A stretch of 35,642 bases of DNA from Candidatus Binatia bacterium (lineage in GTDB: Bacteria > Desulfobacterota > Binatia > UBA9968). A program made the position numbers and the translations under genes. This document shows positions 35,397 to 35,642 of this stretch, in pieces (position 1 is the stretch's first letter; every line of letters begins with the position of its first letter). The notes beneath the pieces are model-generated. The model was not told where the DNA came from. It ran no database searches and was given only the letters and a program-made list of their open reading frames with translations. The DNA is taken from positions 1 through 35,642 of the forward strand of contig DATIEH010000184.1 of assembly GCA_035455905.1 (NCBI GenBank), read 5' to 3'.

Positions 35397-35642
35397 ATGC
35401 GAGTCAATCACGTCACGGCGGCGATCGTGCTGCGGAATCGTCCTTACGGCGAGTCTGACAAAATAGTCTCCTTTTTTACTGACAAGTTCGGAAAGCTTAC
35501 CGGTATCGCAAAGGGCGCGCTACGGTCGCGCAGGCGGTTTGTAAATTCACTGGAGCCGTTTTCTCTGATCAATTTAAAGTTTCAAGATCCCCCGCACAGC
35601 AATCTCGTCTTTATTATAGCAGCGGATCTCGTCAACAGTTAT
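35397..35642 (+). CDS. recO: DNA repair protein RecO (5' partial; runs off the window end)
   Basis: Not on the ORF track because it is open-ended. My translation from the ATG at 35397 is MRVNHVTAAIVLRNRPYGESDKIVSFFTDKFGKLTGIAKGALRSRRRFVNSLEPFSLINLKF.... It matches the RecO N-terminal OB-fold pattern (EAIVLR..DYGESD.IV..FT...GK....AKGARRS..RF...LEPF). Confidence 0.8.
   Translation, partial: MRVNHVTAAIVLRNRPYGESDKIVSFFTDKFGKLTGIAKGALRSRRRFVNSLEPFSLINLKFQDPPHSNLVFIIAADLVNSY

Noticed and set aside
35381-35406. CIRCE-like string TGCAGCACTAGCCAGAATGCGAGTCA upstream of grpE
   Set aside because: Only the half-site AGCACT resembles TTAGCACTC. The expected inverted half, GAGTGCTAA, is absent (no GTGCT anywhere in the spacer). 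The string also overlaps the recO start codon.
1-35642. Scan for tRNA/rRNA genes, CRISPR arrays, IS elements, integrases, and long direct or inverted repeats
   Set aside because: I found no T-loop-type GGTTCGAATCC contexts outside coding frames. I saw no spaced direct-repeat arrays, no transposase- or integrase-like ORFs, and no long repeats by eye. A manual scan cannot exclude short or degenerate elements.

Overview
This window is the replication-origin neighbourhood of a bacterial chromosome, probably an uncultivated diderm lineage. All family assignments come from motifs I recognised by eye in the supplied translations; no searches were run. I support 37 protein-coding genes and saw no rRNA, tRNA, CRISPR array, transposase, integrase or phage gene.

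Layout, left to right:
- 10-3539 (-): stress genes, namely a fused trehalose-6-P synthase/phosphatase, msrA, and a small c-type heme-binding-domain protein.
- 3710-13036: a loosely organised organic/aromatic-acid catabolic cluster. It holds an aldehyde dehydrogenase, a benzoate-type CoA ligase, a class II aldolase, an HxH TIM-barrel hydrolase-like protein, an orphan NMT1-type binding protein, a PhtD-like decarboxylase, an atypical SDR, an orphan small basic protein and a PEP-mutase/isocitrate-lyase-family enzyme.
- 13055-15729 (-): dnaN and dnaA, with DnaA boxes both between the two genes and upstream of dnaA. The upstream region (15730-16098) has a perfect TTATCCACA paired with an inverted near-copy, plus an A/T-tract region. 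It is my best oriC candidate.
- 16099-19238 (+): hemL and a partial Fo operon, atpZ-atpI-atpB-atpE.
- 19293-20553 (-): dCMP deaminase and a DUF62 SAM hydroxide adenosyltransferase. An MFS transporter follows at 20707-21957 (+).
- 35237 down to 21952 (-): a long co-directional string, grpE-dnaK-dnaJ-lon-thiL-larB-(Cys4 small ORF)-(divergent archease-like)-(SAMHD1-like HD phosphohydrolase)-(DegT aminotransferase)-(GmhA/DiaA-type SIS protein)-(deoxyhypusine-synthase-like protein).
- 35397-35642 (+): the 5' end of recO.

I did not find a clear-cut novel system. Two tightly packed modules in the minus-strand string deserve a second look:
- larB / Cys4 ORF / archease-like protein whose family-signature residues are replaced.
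- HD / DegT / SIS / DHS-like, a four-gene set that matches no sugar or nucleotide pathway I know.
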